From Malacoraja senta (Eukaryota): a stretch of 20,000 nt of DNA. The stretch's first letter is position 1; every line of letters begins with the position of its first letter. This document shows positions 17,101 to 20,000 of the stretch, piece by piece. The DNA is taken from the NCBI GenBank assembly GCA_038087875.1, contig JAXLNO010000349.1:49413-69412 (forward strand). The letters run 5' to 3'. A program made the translations under genes and the position numbers. The notes beneath the pieces were generated by a model. The model was not told the DNA's origin, searched no databases, and saw only the letters and a program-made list of their open reading frames with translations.

Positions 17101-19821
17101 TTTTTTATTTATTATTATTTTTTTTTTTTAAGACACAACAACTCTCTGTTTGAGGAACACCAAAAAGTCCCCAAACTGCCTCTCCTCGAAGTCAGGAAGA
17201 TCACTCTCCCTGTTGCCAAGAATAGCCTCGAGAGTCTGAATCAAACCTGGCAGATCAACCCACCGCCTTTTAGCAGCCTCCATTCTTGTTCTGAGGGAGC
17301 GGTTTGTTTTGAGGAATTCTCGAACCGCCCGTATATCACATACAAGAGACTCGTCCTTGGAGCCTGGGCACTCACCAACGCACTCGCACCTGCACCAACA
17401 GGCTCCACACCACAACGTTCAAGGTCGCTTTCAGAATTTGAACGACCAGAGCTCTCCGAAAGCTCTTCACCCCCACTACACAAACTTTCCTGAGCACTCT
17501 CCCCCTCCTCCAGCAAGACACCAACCCCAGGATCAATGCCGAGTAAGGGTCCCGAAACCCCCGACTGCAACAGGCAGCCCCCTGACTGGCTGGGCACCTG
17601 CACGCTACCATCACCCTCCACGCCTGCGCCTGGGGAAGCAAATACACGGCACCCCCAGGGCCTGTGATACACTGGCACCTCTGGAAACTATAGGGAAATC
17701 ACCACCCGAACTATCCCCGACCTCCATAGCATCCCCTCCACTGGCAACACCCAGAGGCTCTCCACTTTCTTTTAGCCTCTCCCCTTCCAACTCATCCGGC
17801 GATGCAGCACACCCCCCATTACCACCACTGGCTCTGATGTGGAGCACAGACTGGACACCACAGCCCCCGAACCACCCCCCTCGGGCTGACTCTGCTCATC
17901 CCCTATCTCAGGGGCCCCACTACCAGGGGCGCATACCCCATCCTCTGGCGTGCCATCACCCTCAAGAGGCCTCTGAAACGAGGGGACCTCCTCCGACCCA
18001 GAGGACACACACCCAGGGGAGCTAACCTCAACACCCGATGAGTTAACTCCATCGGAGGGCCCCTGAAATGAAGGACATCCACCCGCCCAGAGGACACAAC
18101 TCCAGAGGAATCAACCCCATCACCTGATCCTATAATCCCCACGGAGGATCCCTGAAATGGATGCTCACCCTCCACCCCAGAAGACACCAGTTCTTGACCA
18201 CCAACCACATCAGTGGTGGAAGGTCTGGAAAAAGTCGTCCCCCTAAGTTTCGCCTCACGCCTTCCTCTTCCTCGCCAGGCCTATTCCTTTTTACCCCACT
18301 AGCATGCGGCGGTACGGTGACCTCCATAAAGGAAGGTTCTTCCTCATCCTCACTCCCCCAGCCACTTTACCACCCGCACACTTTACCATCCCTTCCCCCG
18401 TCTGAGCGACCTCATCTCCTTGCTGGGCCACGGCAAGCACACTCTGGACCTCACTAGAGCTGACAGGTGCCCCTTGGGTGGTCTCAGATTGCGATAGACT
18501 CTCTGGATGGACCTTTCTCTTCCTCCTCGTCTTCTGCACCTCCCACTTCCCCTCCCCGTCTGCTTCCTCCCCCTCTTCACCCTCGCCCTGCACCTCACCA
18601 TTAGCCACCACCACCTCCACAGGCTCAGGACGCAGGGGCCGGAGGCCTTCTCCGTCCCGGGTCCCCCAAGGCAGAACTTGCAGACCCAGATGGGCTATCA
18701 CTTCCGCACCGATCCCTGAGGTAGAGCTAGCCGCCCCAGCCAGGTCAGCAGTGCCGCCCAGCACCACCGAGCATGATGAGCCACCCCGGATGGGCCAGCA
18801 GTGCAATCCTGGGCCGCTACGCTAGAACTTCTAGCAGCAACCCCGCGAGAAAGACAATCTTTACGGAGATGTCCAAATTCTCCACACGTACGACACCGTG
18901 CCTTCCCCCAACTCCAATACACGGTTCTACGGAGACCCGTACACTCCACCTCAAAGCTCGCCTCCATGCCTTCGCCCTCACCCACCTTCAGAAACACCCT
19001 CCTCTTAAAACTAAAGATTCCTCTTTCCTCCGGCTCCCCCCCCCGAGGTGCCTGAGCCTAAAGCACTTAGACCTCACCTCCCCAACCTTAGACAGGTGTG
19101 GAATAAGTGCAGCATCCGGAATAAATGTGGGGCAACTCCGCAGGAGAACCGGTCTCACCCTAGATACCCACGGATCCACCTATATGTATCTCCAACGCCA
19201 TTGCCACACCCTCCCGGGTCTTTAATATCATCTCCACCTTTCCTCTTTCAAGCTCGGAAGAGACAACAGCCCGCCCCCCAATAAGGTCATTCACGGCCTT
19301 TGTAATTACTCCCCTTGACATCTGGGGCCCAGTTTGGACCGAGATACCAAACCTGCCCCAATCCAAGTCCACATAAGGCTCATACTCTGATGTCCTCACA
19401 TCCGCCTCTGATGCCGCCACTGCGTAGCTCGGTCCTTCCGCCGCGCCCCAGCCATCGCCATCCTGACAGAGGCACAACCAGCTCCAGTCAGCCCAGCAGC
19501 TCAGCTCCACGTTAAGTCCCGCAAACAGTCACAGTCAAGCAAGTAGCAGAAATCAGAAGCCTCCAGCTGAAGCAAGCAAATTCCCAAATACGTCCACAGC
19601 CGAGAGCAGCTTTTGGGAAGCTCCATCCCAGTCTTGCGGGATTCAAAAGTACCATCTTCACATTAAGCCCGGCATCCGCCTGAGCAAAATGCCTTTAGGA
19701 CAGAGAAACGGTGCTAATAAAACGACACAACACCGCAATCATCACACCCCTCGATCTCCAGGCACTCTTGGCAGTCCGCCAACGACAACCGCACCCTCGA
19801 CAATGGAGAACAATCTCAATA

Positions 19822-19822
<1 letters not shown>
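17101..19822 (-). mobile_element. Tx1-like (L1 clade) retroelement carrying ORF1 only, with an A-rich tail
   Basis: See the ORF1 pseudogene. The T-rich run 17101-17129 on + is the A tail on minus. The putative 5'UTR is ~19462-19822 and its 5' boundary is approximate. Confidence 0.75.
17128..19461 (-). pseudogene. Disrupted Tx1-type ORF1 (RRM-like region, CCHC zinc knuckle, long disordered linker, C-terminal helical domain)
   Basis: Across frameshifts: PSYAVAAS; VLLRSCPTFIPDAALIPHLSKVGEVRS; SFEVECTGLRRTVYWSWGKARCRTCGEFGHLRKDC (C-x2-C-x4-H-x4-C); a Gly/Glu/Ser-rich middle; IRAVREFLKTNRS...WVDLPGLIQTL...FLKQRVVVS*, stop at 17128-17130. Candidate ATG at 19459-19461. Confidence 0.8.
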
Positions 19823-19875
<53 letters not shown>

Positions 19876-19884
19876 ATCTCTATC

Positions 19885-19938
<54 letters not shown>

Positions 19939-20000
19939 TCTCCCTCTCTCCCTCTCTCTCTCTCCCTCTCTCCCCTCTCTCCCTCTCTCCCTCTCTCCCC
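19823..20000. repeat. (TCTA)n, (CT)n and (CTCTCTCC)n compound microsatellite
   Basis: Direct reading of the sequence. Confidence 0.97.

Noticed and set aside
17309..18825. Plus-strand Pro/Ser-rich ORFs (e.g. 238 aa at 17309)
   Set aside because: They are antisense shadows of the G-rich Tx1 ORF1 linker with no recognisable domain.

Overview
Eukaryotic, repeat-dense vertebrate DNA. The repeat families present (CR1/HER1-type LINEs with (ATAGAAAC)n tails, HE1-like tRNA/V-SINE pieces, a Penelope-like element and its short derivatives) point to a cartilaginous fish, most likely a skate or ray; this is inference from repeat content. I find no intact host protein-coding gene. The long ORFs in the track are either transposon remnants or artefacts of (GT)n- and GA-rich low-complexity DNA. 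The window is a nested transposon graveyard. It holds a non-autonomous hAT element with 14-bp TIRs, an exact 8-bp TSD and internal palindromes (1027-2415), and hAT-Blackjack-like ends. It also holds four larger CR1 3' pieces plus smaller fragments, L1 and Tc1 remnants, and a disrupted Neptune-type Penelope element (RT + GIY-YIG) with an inverted 5' segment. The most notable observations are four. (1) A ~2.7-kb Tx1-like element appears to encode only ORF1 (CCHC knuckle), with an A-rich tail fused to the ORF1 stop codon. (2) Minimal type I hammerhead-ribozyme motifs occur at the Penelope 3' end and in short solo non-coding copies. (3) A ~59-bp minisatellite carries ten co-oriented YY1-core motifs. 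(4) A CpG-rich promoter-like module (CRE, GC boxes, two ATTGG-N8-GACGTC units) has no visible gene. All family assignments come from motif recognition, not database searches, and most boundaries are approximate.
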